Shown piece after piece: positions 34,613 through 46,845 of a DNA stretch of 64,000 nt (positions are counted from its first letter, which is position 1; the number at the start of each line of letters is the position of its first letter). The DNA comes from Sporopachydermia quercuum. Its lineage: Eukaryota. The notes under the pieces were generated by a model that ran no database searches, was not told where the DNA came from, and saw only the letters and a program-made list of their open reading frames with translations. The DNA lies in contig BCGN01000007.1 in assembly GCA_001599295.1 (NCBI GenBank), forward strand, positions 384,433 to 448,432. The letters run 5' to 3'. A program made the translations under genes and the position numbers.

Positions 34613-37084
34613 TTATCTATCAACAGTACCGTAGGTGGAATTTGATTCAGAATTTGTTGATGCTAAATAGACAGGACGTTCATCAGAAACACGTTCAGAA
34701 CCAGAAATCAATTCGATTTGTGCTGTGGGTTCCTCCTTTCGATCGCTGTCAGTGTCTAGCTCATCTATTTCATCAATATCATTGCCGAAATCAAGTATTT
34801 CAATAGACGTTTCTTCAGCTCTTTGAACAGCAGCGACACATCGTTGGGAATCAAATCTGACTTGCCAGATTCCTGTGGTTTCGCCTCCTAAAAGGTTTTT
34901 AACAAGCTCGCCAGATTTAATATCCCATAGTTTTAGCATTTCATCAGATCCTGATATCACTTTACGATCATCGTGCTGGAAACACGTGATAGGCCCAACA
35001 TGTCCTTCTAGCTTATGGATGCATCTTCCATTATCAGGGTTCCAGACTCTTAACGTTGAATCCGCTGCTGCTGATACTAGTGCCGTTCTGCTTAAATCCA
35101 GTAGACCTACCAATGAGGTATGTCCAGTTAGGGTGTATAAACAAGAACCAGTTTTCAAACACCACACTTTTACTTGAGAGTCCATGGATCCTGAAATGCA
35201 TCTATTTCTTTTGTAATCTATCAAAGTAGAGTAAACCCTTTGCTGATGTCCTGCCAGAAGCCATTTACAAGTCCCGGTTTCGATATCCCATATCCTAACA
35301 TGAGTGTCATAAGACCCCGACGCAGCAATATTACCGTATCCGGAAATAGCTCTAACAGATTGTGAGTGCCCGACTAGTAACCGAACGAAGTATGGATTAA
35401 CTCTCTCGCTTCCCGACAAAAAGTCAGGACCGTCCGTTTTAGGCATTTTCCAGACTCGAAGGGTGGAGTCTCGAGACCCAGTGATAATAAGGGGCTCTTT
35501 AGGATATATGATTGGTTTTCCGCTGGAATGAACTCCTATTTGAACTGGTTCTAATATATGCAAACATCTCACGGTAGACGTGTGTCCATAGAACACATGG
35601 GTGCATCTTCCCTTTTTAATGTCCCATATTCTAACCGTACGATCTGTAGATCCAGATACTAATCGATTACCTGTATACTGTAATGCCCATACTCCACCTT
35701 CATGTCCTTTCAGAATTGACCTGACTCTACCAGTTTCCGTATCATACACATTGATGTTCAGATCATCAGAGCCCGTTATAATCTTATCATGATCAAACTG
35801 TAGGCATGTAACAACACTTGAACCATGACCTGGGACAGAAAGCTGTTTAGGTCTGAAATGCGGATCCATCCATCTAGCGTTAATTCTTTCCCGCCTTCTG
35901 AATGCTAGTTTGTATAGATTCAGAGACTTTCTAGATAATTCGTTAGGTGCATCTGGTTCTAATTTTAAATCCAGAACTGGTTTTGATTCTAGTCGTCGGT
36001 TTAGCACCTTTTCAACGCCCCGTGGTGATAGCAATTCCATTCCTTTCACTATAGCTCCGGGGTATCTTTGCCGTTCCCTCCTAAGCATTTTCTCCAGTAG
36101 TTTCAGCTCCCAGTTTTCCAGAGCATCTTCATTACGGAAAAAGCTTTTCCAGAGCGTGACTGATGAATCTATCAATCTATTCCAGCTTCTACATACTTGA
36201 GCAGCTGCCAAGAGTGATTTATGATCTAAGTACGAGAATATCTGAAGGCCAACCTCTATGGGAACTCCAGTAACAATGTCTCTTCGTAGATTAGGAACAA
36301 TGGTGTTCGCAATAGCAGAAAGAGTCTTTCGATCGCATTGCTGTAGTAATCGGAACATAAGGCTTCGTTGTGCTGTAGGGTCCATGCAAATGAAGTATCG
36401 TTCTAGATCAACCGAAGGAGTAAGTAAAGGTACACTAATTTCCTCCGAAGACACAGTGTCCACCAACATTATGTCTTTTTCTGTTGGAGAGCCTTCAATA
36501 ATAGGACTGGCCCCAGGAGAAGGAAAAGGCATTTGAGCTGAGTCTGGAGGGCTCGCCGGTGGAGCTGACGGTGATAATGCAGGTGGTTTGCATGGTGTTT
36601 CTAAAGTAGCACCAGCAGGCACTCTGGAAACGTGAGATTGGGTCAGCCTTCTTTTGGTGTGTCTATCTGGTTGTAATAGCTCTTGTCTATGGTCTTCTTG
36701 ATACGTGGTTGTATGATACTCATCATAAGTAGTGGGATCAGAATCTTCCATAATTTCTTCACAAACATCAGATCCTGTGTGCGAAGATCTTCTTTTCCTT
36801 CCCACAGAAAATATTTCCTGCGTTNCAACACNTGGCTGAACATTCTCAGCTTCTGGTTTAGAAGAAATACTGAGTAGAGCCCACTTCTGGCTCAGATGAT
36901 GCTCCGACATCGACACCCCTCTGGAGCTATTGTTAAACGGAAGACATTGGAATATATAGGGCACAGGTATTGATTGTAATGGATATTTGCTGACTTGTTG
37001 AACAACATAGCGCTGTTCTTTGCTGTGAATAGTCGCAAGCTCTTCTGTCTCCGTATCAGGCTCAATTTCCATATCCATTTTCAT
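34613..37084 (-). CDS. CDC4: F-box/WD40 SCF substrate receptor Cdc4
   Basis: F-box (VPIEVGLQIFSYL..QVCRSW) followed by WD40 repeats (VVTCLQFD, GHEGGVWAL, GHTSTVRCL, GHTSLVGLL). Near SMC1, as in S. cerevisiae. Confidence 0.92.
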   Translation of the reverse strand: MKMDMEIEPDTETEELATIHSKEQRYVVQQVSKYPLQSIPVPYIFQCLPFNNSSRGVSMSEHHLSQKWALLSISSKPEAENVQPXVXTQEIFSVGRKRRSSHTGSDVCEEIMEDSDPTTYDEYHTTTYQEDHRQELLQPDRHTKRRLTQSHVSRVPAGATLETPCKPPALSPSAPPASPPDSAQMPFPSPGASPIIEGSPTEKDIMLVDTVSSEEISVPLLTPSVDLERYFICMDPTAQRSLMFRLLQQCDRKTLSAIANTIVPNLRRDIVTGVPIEVGLQIFSYLDHKSLLAAAQVCRSWNRLIDSSVTLWKSFFRNEDALENWELKLLEKMLRRERQRYPGAIVKGMELLSPRGVEKVLNRRLESKPVLDLKLEPDAPNELSRKSLNLYKLAFRRRERINARWMDPHFRPKQLSVPGHGSSVVTCLQFDHDKIITGSDDLNINVYDTETGRVRSILKGHEGGVWALQYTGNRLVSGSTDRTVRIWDIKKGRCTHVFYGHTSTVRCLHILEPVQIGVHSSGKPIIYPKEPLIITGSRDSTLRVWKMPKTDGPDFLSGSERVNPYFVRLLVGHSQSVRAISGYGNIAASGSYDTHVRIWDIETGTCKWLLAGHQQRVYSTLIDYKRNRCISGSMDSQVKVWCLKTGSCLYTLTGHTSLVGLLDLSRTALVSAAADSTLRVWNPDNGRCIHKLEGHVGPITCFQHDDRKVISGSDEMLKLWDIKSGELVKNLLGGETTGIWQVRFDSQRCVAAVQRAEETSIEILDFGNDIDEIDELDTDSDRKEEPTAQIELISGSERVSDERPVYLASTNSESNSTYGTVDR

Positions 37085-38355
37085 GGCGGTTATAGTTGGT
37101 TCGCACTAAGAAAAGATTTGGTTTGTGTTGATAGCACACCGACGCAACATTTCCTGACTCTTCTGTTTCGTGGCAGAAAAAACCACATTAAAAACTGTAG
37201 AAAACCCTTATTTGAGTAAAAATGTTTGATGAAATTGACAGCAAAAACAACAGAAAAATAACCAAATATCGAAGCAGGTTGAATGAGATCTCGCTGTTGA
37301 TGTCTACGTGAAATAAACAGTGTACACAGACTGTTAGGTAGTGCTAAAGCTGATCTTACCAGAAAATCTTTTGCACAAAAGAACCGAGTATAAGTGCAAT
37401 CAGTTAGTCATTCTAAAGCTCCAGATACCTGCTCTTTTTCGGAGTTTTCACTGATTTGCTAAGGAGGATGTATTGAGCTGGTGTTTATGGTCAGCGAGAT
37501 GGATTTTATTTTGTTGGACGTTGAGGAGAAAGATAATAATTATATAATCAGGAATAGTTGGAAATATATTTTTGATTGGATAATATAGTATTATGTAATA
37601 CAATATCATATAGTAATCCATTGTGTTCCCATTATTCTCTTTTCTGTCGGGCAGTCTCAAGACCGGTTCTTGAAACATTTGCTTGGGTTTCAAGCTTTTG
37701 TAGTATTTGTCACATCGTATGTTGTACTGGAAAAATGCATAAAAAAAAGTGAATCAAATATCCATGAGTTCTGTTACTTCTTTAATGGAAAATAGAAGGA
37801 TCTGGCGTTGCATGTACAGAGAACAATTGGAGATTTCTGTATGTTTGTCGTGTACGAATTGGTGATAGTTGTTTGAACCCACTTGCTGGATAGGTAGCAG
37901 GCTAATGCAAATTTGGGTACAGTTTCAATCAATCTGTTAGCAAGCATCAAAATAGTGTTTATATCAACAGATTATAAGACGCTTCTCAAGTCGGATAACT
38001 TCCATATTTCGGAGAAAAGTTAAATCGTCGTAGAGCAACCTTATAGACAACTGAACACACTACATAGATCAACTGGAAGTGAAAGTGCATGAACGGTCTT
38101 CGCTGATAGTGATTGTTAGCTGTTAATCAAAGAAAAAGGAAAGCCATTAACCCTCCGTTATCTCAACATAGGTATACCATTTGGGGTGTGAGCGTGAGCT
38201 ATTATTTATCTATTACTATACAGCAATAAACACATACGCTACAACGAACAATTCAATCAGCATCAACTCGTATAGCACAGTCGACAGTATATGCCAATCG
38301 ATGAATTGGCATCAAATAAACAGTTATTGCGGCTTTTAAACTTCATAATATCAAA

Positions 38356-41023
38356 ATGGCTGAAGCTGCGGCCCAACTAGAACAACTAGAAGCAGCCAAA
38401 TCGTTGGTGAAGTCTAATCCTTCTGTTATTTCTCAAATTCTAAGGTCGGTATTCCCTGTAGCAGGCAGATCAGAACTTTTAATAAGACAATGGTGTATTG
38501 GTTTCATTGCGGACCTGTTTACTGGTGATGACAACTCATTAGCATTGAAATCATTGGTTGACCCTCAACAGTATGATTCATTAGTATTAGAATGCCTAGA
38601 TGTATTAGTTACGTTGGTATCTGATGTTCATGTGTCTATTTTACAACCAACCATTAGGACATTCACATCAATATTTCCTGCAGTATTCTTGCAAGTGTAA
38701 GTTTTATTTGATAGCTGTTATAGAAAATTTTGGTGATGACTTTATTAGTGCTTTTTCTAGTATTTTTACGCAATCTATTCTTCCTCTTCATGTTTCTAAG
38801 TATACTAACGATTCTACGTAGAGCAAAAAATGAGGCATTAAAACAAGAATGGGAAAAATTAACCTATATTAAAACATTTATCATGGAAAACTTATTCACA
38901 ATAGAGGATCCAAGCAAATCGGTGTTAATCCCTAAACCTGAATCAAGCCATATAGTATCTTTAAGGCCTATGGTGATCAAATGTTTCCAAGTTATTATCA
39001 GCTGCCAAGTTCCTCTATTGAGAGATCCTCGTTTAGCTAGTAGAAACAAATCATTCGATATTTCGTTATCAATGGTCCCATCTGATCATCAATTGATTTC
39101 ACGGTTTGTTGAAGCTGAAGCACAGGGATTGCTTGATAGAATGTTGCATGTTTTAGTAGAAGCAGACGTGTAAGTGTGGTTTGCAATTATATTTTCTTAC
39201 TTCATTGATTTTTTGACACTATTTACTGTTCACTATTTATTTTACCATGTCTTTACTAACATAACTAACATACCTTTAGAGAAGCAAATGCTATAACAGC
39301 CACTTTAAATGCTCTTCCACCTTTAATGAGGAAAAGACCTTCACTGTTAAGCAAAATCATCAATGGTCTACTACATTTCAACTTCACAGAATTCAGAAGA
39401 TACCATGGCCTATCAGATGGTAAGCCTTTGGCAATGCCGATCAAGCTACCGGTAAATATCTCTAAAGAGGAATCAGAGATTGCAATGAAACATTGCTTAA
39501 GTGTTAAGTTTGTAGAAAAGCAGCTAAACCTTGTGTTGCATAACATACTGAAAAATGGCTATGCTCAACATTTCAATGGCAAATTGCAAAGATTCATACA
39601 AGCCTTGAATTCACCGAACCCAGAAGGAGCCAAAAGGCCATCTGCAGCTGTTGATACAAAAGCAGAGCTTCCGGATACTTTACCTGCTTCCAAACGTCAG
39701 AAAACAAGCGAAAGCCAGAGCCAGCAAAGTTCTGGTTTGCTTAATGATATATCATCTGTACTACAGAAGGCTGAACCAATAGTGAAATCAAAAGAGCTTG
39801 CTGATGCTTTTCGGCTTATTGATTTTAATGATCCATTAGCCTCATTTGATATTTCAACGTTACCGCAGGATATTTTGATCAATCTTGCTCTTACAGCATT
39901 AGTCACAGCTGATACTGATCAGCTGCAAAAGGCTGTATCTCTAATACAAGCTAGAATGGCATATCAACAGCAATATGTTCCAACTGAAGAGAAGGAGCCT
40001 AAACTAGAAGATTCTGCTAGTGACGATGATTATGATCCTGATGGAATTCTATTGCCTGGCGATAGTATTGATGGTGTAAATCAGCAGGCAGAAGCTACAT
40101 CAGAAGATCAACGGCAACAGAAGGGAGAGAAAAGTATCGCTGGTGGGTTAAGAGCATCATCAACGTTTACTTTACCTCCACCAAGAAAACTGACCATCAA
40201 AGAGAAACGCAAACAAATAGTAAGCATTGTAGAAAGATTTTACAAGCTTAAGGAGTCAGAAATCAACTCATCTTCGGCAAACAATCAACAGGACAAAGCT
40301 GGACTGCAAGGGAGAAATCTTGCGGTTGATCGTATGGCTCTGGAAAAATGGACCAGTGATTCCTGGTTGGTGATTTTGACGAGACTGATCACCAGAGGTA
40401 TCAGTGGAGGAACCATCAAGAACTATGTTATCGGTGATGATGGTATTAATAGTAATGACAGCAAAGAAGGTAAAAAGAATAATCGTGATTATAATAATGA
40501 GCTGGCAGAAGTTATGAGAGAATCACTGTTCGACTACTTTGTTGCTAACTATAAAGAAAGATTGGAAGTAGTGATATCATGGTTAAATGAAGAATGGTTC
40601 AATGAAACAGTTAGTGAAATTGATGCCAATGGTGAAGTTGAATTAAAGACAAATGGCGAAGATGATAAACGAAACGTGAAGTCTAATGAGCAAACATCAG
40701 CATACTCTAAATGGGCTAATAAGATTCTCGACGTTCTATTAGCTTATATTGAACCTACTGATTCTAAGATATTATTACGACTATTGTCTGATTTGCCTTT
40801 CATTGAAGAGAATATGGTGATCAAGCTAAGATCTATATGTGTTGACCCTGGAAGGTCTAGTATGGGATTTCGGGCGGTTAAGTTTCTGTTAATGCTGCGT
40901 CCCCCTTGTGCAGCTAGTGCTGTTAAGCTTCTAGAATTACTGTACCATGATCATCAGGATGTAAATGAGCAAACAGTTCCATTGCTTAAACGGTTTGGAG
41001 GAGAAAAATATAAGGATATTTGA
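38356..41023 (+). CDS. PTA1: Cleavage/polyadenylation scaffold Pta1 (symplekin), 3 exons: 38356-38696, 38822-39169, 39280-41023
   Basis: Phase-2 introns 38697-38821 (GTAAGT..TACTAAC..TAG) and 39170-39279 (GTAAGT..TACTAAC..TAG) join three ORF-track pieces in frame. Motifs DISLSMVP..H, EAEAQGLLDR, TRLITRG, WLNEEW, LRLLSDLP and FLLMLRPP. Confidence 0.9.
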
Positions 41024-41516
41024 TGTGCAATATAATAGACAAAGAGGACTCTAATGTTAGATATATGAGATTTAGAATATCTCGCAAGCTTGCGGCTGCT
41101 GTTGTAGCAGATGTGTTCTAGAGTTTTAGGGAGCTTATTTCTTCTAACAAAATCACTAGTTCCAAAATTTTGATGTCTTGATAAGATGAATCGATATAGT
41201 TACTTTTATATATTATATGGTTAATCCAAATTCATGAAGCGTTCAGAACTTCTCATCCTATTGTCGTATATCTTCCCTCTAGGTGCATGATTTTGCGTTA
41301 ATGCAGGAATTCGTCTCCCATTAATTTAATTCATGTTAGGTTGTCGTATGAATAAATATCGTGACACTATCTCTCTTCGTGAATGAAAGGTTTGGGACCA
41401 AATTTAGTTTCAAGTTAAACAATAAATGGTAACAACTGATTGACTCAAGAACTAAGACCAATTAAAGAATCGATGTTTTGTGATGCTGTTCTAAGATTTT
41501 GGCTATATGGTCGCAA

Positions 41517-42059
41517 ATGTTAAAGAAGAGTGCCTATTTTGAAGGTTATAGCACGAGGAGTACATTTCCTGGAGGCAACGACGAAATTCTCTTACTTTTT
41601 TCCCACAACCCTGTTTTGGATTCTCACCCGGATACTTCCTCCGATGATGGGGATATCAACGGTTCGGATGATAACTTCTCCGATTCCGACAGCAAGTGGC
41701 TTGGAATCACCNCTGGACTTAACTCCAGAAGCGGAAAGGATGCTACAAACCAGGACTCTGAAAAAAGGGTAAANAGCGGAATATATGATAGGAAAATTCA
41801 GGCTTTGTTCTACTAAGATCTCCGATTTGGCTCTAATAAAAGTCTGNCCAGACATAAATGTTTTAACAGTGAAAACAATGAATTTGAGACTTCCTGCATT
41901 TTTGATGCGTTATCCCAGTTTCACAATAACGAGGAAAAAGCCCGCAAAGGTATTAATGGAGTTGTTGATGCTGATAATAGAGGTGTAGCTACTAGCAAGA
42001 AAGCAACAGCTAGACCAAATTCAGCCTTGCATACTCATCGCAGTGCATTGCTAGATTAA
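41517..42059 (+). pseudogene. Orphan reading frame of ~180 codons interrupted by a single TAA (41814-41816)
   Basis: The frame of the 41499-41816 ORF stays open for 80 more codons after the stop (DLRFGSNK...HRSALLD*). Locally higher GC; no recognised homolog. Confidence 0.3.
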
Positions 42060-43332
42060 AATTTGAGAATATTTGATGTTAATTTATGTAGCTTAAAACA
42101 TAATAATCCCTTTTACTTGATATTAAAATACAGTAAGCTCTTTTATCGGTCTTAATAATCGAATCAGTAGTCTCTTGTTACGTTTCTTACAAAGAAAAAA
42201 ATTCAAATGATGTAATAGTAAATGAGATTAGTAGTTTTCATGTCTAACTAAATCCAACTTGTCACGGTCGTTTTGTCTTGATTCTCTCAGATCAACACCC
42301 AATTTGGCGAATTTGGCCAAGACAAAGAAAACGTTACTGGTGTTGACCACCTCCTTCAACAACCAACTAGTGAACTGTCCCATTTGATATATTTAATTAT
42401 TACACCAGATATCAGGACTAAACAATAATATATGAAGAAAAAATTCCACATTGGTAAACCATTACAAATCATACTCAATTATCTTCTCCCTTCTCCTCCT
42501 TTCTGATCCCTTATCTGTACATCATCTCATATGACAAGCGCCTTAACTCTACCTCACAACTTCCTGACATACCCCTCTGAATCGTGACCTGCACCAACTT
42601 GTCATCTTCTGTCCTGGCCCATAATCAATACCAACAAACAACACATCTTCAATAAGCAACATCCACACTTGATCTGATCAAATCATCCTAGTTTTACCTT
42701 TGATTCCTATGCTCATAACGGCTGCAAGCTCTCCAAGTTTTCACATTAGTAATTAGTCATCATCAATCAGTTTATTCAGTTGATTGGTTATTAGTGTGGA
42801 TTGTTTGTTTAGTATTTGTGTTTGTGTTGTTTTGTTATTTGTATCCTGATTTAGTTGACACAAGTCTTAACTCAATCACAAACCANAGTACAGTTTATAT
42901 CGCCAGTATTCTTTCTGTTGATCTATCAGTCATCAACAAATACTCAAACATTTTCTCCTTATATAGCGCTGAATCAACAGTCGAATTGGCTTGTTAAGCT
43001 TGCTGTTGACGTGTCAAGACTTATAAATCTATTGGACTAACCTAGACCACTGGCAACCTGTCTGGCCATCTGAGAAGCTGCATAAGTAGCTCTAACACCA
43101 ACATCAACAGCACCAACAGCATCAATTGCATCAATTGCATCAATTGCACATCAACACCGTGTGATACGTTCTTATGGTGCCATTGATTCTTTGTGACTGC
43201 TGTTCGCTCTAGTAATCTGATCACGAGGTAGTTCAGGGTATTCGATTCTCAATTGTGCTGTCGTTCACGAAGCAAGTTCGCACTAATTTTTAGCTGTCTA
43301 GTTTCTAATTCTCATTGCAACTTACATTCACA

Positions 43333-45619
43333 ATGTCAGGACAACAATCAACCGATGAATTGATCCGCGAGATCAACCAGAAAATAGTCAAACAGAAAAA
43401 CATCATTGTTGCGGCAAGAAGCATGCAGAAAATATCTTCTCAGTCTTCTGATGTCGGTGCAAGATTCGCTACAACCATTGCCGAGTCAGAGAACGTGATC
43501 CAGTACTTAGAATCTACATTGCAATCTCTCAAGCTGGAACAAAAAGTTGCTGTTGAAGGAGACAGCTCGAACAACAGCCAAGGTATCAATGACAACAATG
43601 GTGCTAAACCTGGAGATAGAACTAGTACAGGGTCTACCCAATCAAGCACTACTCTGGGTAGTACATCCAATGGAACCTTTGCTGCCTCTAGAACGAAAAG
43701 CAGAGATGCTTTAGCGCCTAGTTACTCCCGGTTACAACTCTTGAAACAGGACTGTCCGTCGTTAGGCCAGAAAATCCAGCTGATGCTTCAAATTCTTGAA
43801 TTCAAACTTTCGGTAGAAGAACAGTACAAAGTAGCGAACGAAAGAATGGCTAAACTGTATAGACTAGAAGGCGATAAACAAAGTAGCTCTCTGGCAGATA
43901 ATGGTATTCTTGAAAGTACTGAAAAAATTAAACTGTTGAAGAAAGCAGCAAGAAAATACCAACTGATGCGTGTTGGAGATTANGGTATAGAATCAGATGA
44001 ATCAAGAGATAAAGTACGGCAAAGACCATTGTCTGGTAAACTTCATGTTTTTGTACACAGTATCAAAAGTGTAGAACATTTTTCAACATCTTCTGCAAGG
44101 AAAGGTGAAGCTGTTCTACAGATCAAGGTCGATAATAAGTCTTACCGTACGAGGCCAACTAAGAGCGATACTTTCAATGAGGAATTTGATATCCAAGTCG
44201 ATAAAGCTAACGAGATTGAGCTCACAGTGCTGGATAAAACAGAAGATGGATACTATCCAGTTGCCATGACATGGATATTACTATCTGACATTGCCGAGGA
44301 ACTACGTAAACTGAAAATAGCTCAAGATGCGTCATCTGGTTGGGTTTCTGCCGACCGCATGAAGGGAATGAACCAAGCGGTTGCAGGAGGAACTGCTACG
44401 GCAAACTCTTATAGCACGAACGTGCCATATGGCCAACCGGCCATAGGCAACTCTGCTGGTGTACCAAACGCTTCCGCTGTTCCTCTTAGTGGCCCTCAAC
44501 CCTCAGGAACGTCTGCAACCTCGGGAGTTGCAGTATCAACGTCAGTGATTCTATCATTAGAACCAGCAGGACTTGTTTCTCTCACGTTCTCTTTCAACAA
44601 GGCAGAAGCACGCAATAAAAGAAGAGACGCCCTGGGAGCTCTAGACCGTCATGGTGCTATTAAGAAACGTAACGAGGAAGTTTACGAACAGCACGGGCAT
44701 AAATTCATCCAACGCAACCTCTACAATGTTGTTTGCTGTGCCATGTGCGGAGACTTTTTGGGCTCTTCAGGATTCCAGTGCGAAGACTGTCGTTTAATGT
44801 GCCATAAGAAATGCTATACTAAATGTATCACCAAGTGCATCTCAAAGTCAAGTGTAGATGTTGATCCAGACGAGGAAAANCTAAACTATCGAATTCCTCA
44901 CAGGTTTGAAGTGTTCGCCAACAAAGGTACGAAATGGTGTTGTCATTGTGGTTATATTTTACCTTGGAGCAAGAAGTCTGTGCGGAAGTGTGTGGAATGT
45001 GGTGTGATGTGTCATGCGAACTGTGCGCATTTGGTGCCAGATTTGTGCGGAATGTCTATGGAGAAAGCTAATGAGCTGCTGAGCACAATCCGAGCTACCA
45101 ATGAACAGAAACATGCTATGCAACGTCGGAGACAGATCGCCGAAAGCAAAGCTGCTCCGCAGCAACAGAGGCAGTATAAAGGTTTATCTGAAGCGCCTAA
45201 ACAACAATATGGTTATCCTAATGAACACATTCAGGCTCAGGTTCAGGTTCCAGTTCAAGCCCCGACTCCTACCTACCCACAGGCGCAAAGTAATGTCCGT
45301 GGCCAGCCTCCTGCCCAACAGAACCATCAGGATGGCCATTTATCAACTAACCATTTAGACGCAGTAAATGGGCTAGGAGTAGCAAAAACACCAGTGTATT
45401 CGGACTATACTCGTCGACCTCCAAACTATGATATGCGTAAAGCACCTCCCGGTCAACAACAGCAGCAACAACAGCAACTACAACAGCAGCAACAACAGCA
45501 ACAACAACAGCAACTCACTGATGGTTATTCTGAACAGCAGCAGGTGCCAAGGCCGCCACCGAAAGAACAGTATAGCAATGTTGCAACTGGTCTACGCTAT
45601 CAAACAGAGCAGCAGCAGC

Positions 45620-45683
<64 letters not shown>

Positions 45684-46845
45684 GCAACAGATTGTTACTT
45701 CCCTTGAGCAGAACGTTGATTTGGCGCGGGAACTTCGCGCCCAGCTTGCGCAGCACAACCAAATGGATATCATAGCACAAACTGATTCTACTTCTAGTAC
45801 TAGTACAACCCATCAACATACAAAATCCCGGAGAAGGAAACGAAAGATTGGGTTGGATGATTTCCAGTTTCTAGCTGTTCTCGGTAAAGGAAATTTCGGG
45901 AAAGTCATGCTTGCAGAATCCCGAAGCTCAAAACAACTATGCGCCATTAAAGTCCTCAAGAAGGATTTCATCATCGACAACGATGAAGTTGAAAGCGCCC
46001 TCAGCGAGAAAAGAGTGTTCCTTATCGCGAATAAAGAACAGCATCCTTTCCTATTGAACCTCCATTGCTGTTTCCAAACCGAAAACAGAATCTACTTTGT
46101 AATGGAGTACATCTCAGGCGGAGATCTCATGTGGCATATTCAGAAAGAACGTTTCACTCCTCGCAGAGCTCAATTCTACGCCGCAGAGGTTCTATTAGCA
46201 CTGAAATACTTCCATGAAAACGGTGTCATCTATAGAGATCTCAAGCTGGATAATATCTTATTGACACTTGACGGACATATCAAAATAGCTGATTATGGCT
46301 TATGCAAAGAAAACATGGGCTACGGAGAAACCACAAGAACTTTCTGCGGTACACCAGAATTTATGGCCCCAGAAATTCTCAGTGAACAACGATATGGTAA
46401 AGCGATTGACTGGTGGGCTTTTGGAGTGCTGTTGTATCAAATGCTATTAGGACAATCTCCATTCAAGGGAGATGATGAAGAAGAAATCTTTGATTCCATC
46501 CTGACAGATGAACCATTATATCCTATTCAAATGCAAAGAGATGCTGTGTCAATCCTACAAGGGCTTTTAACCAGAGACCCTGAAAGGAGATTAGGAGCAA
46601 GCGAAAGAGACGCAGCAGAAATTCAGGAACATCCTTATTTCAGTAATATCGATTTTAACGAAATGCTGGCTCTGAGAGTCCCACCACCTTATATCCCTGA
46701 GTTCAATGGACCATTGGATATCTCACATTTTGATGAAGAGTTCACAACAGAAGCACCTAAACTGACCCCAGTGAATTCGGTGCTGAGTCCAGATAAGCAA
46801 GAGTATTTCAGGGGATTTTCGTATGTTAATGAGAACTTGGTTTGA
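43333..46845 (+). CDS. PKC1: Protein kinase C (HR1-C2-C1-kinase)
   Basis: Two HR1 repeats, C2 domain, pseudosubstrate RHGA, two C1 zinc fingers, kinase motifs GKGNFGKV/YRDLKLDN/ADYG and the FRGFSY hydrophobic motif. First ATG at 43333. Confidence 0.97.
45610..45690 (+). repeat. Coding CAA/CAG microsatellite (27 Gln, including 21 uninterrupted CAA)
   Basis: Read directly. A second Gln-rich tract lies at about 45454-45513. Confidence 0.95.

Noticed and set aside
43035..43045. PKC1 5'UTR intron (GACTAAC-CTAG)
   Set aside because: Branch-to-acceptor spacing is much shorter than in the supported introns, and no canonical donor was found upstream.
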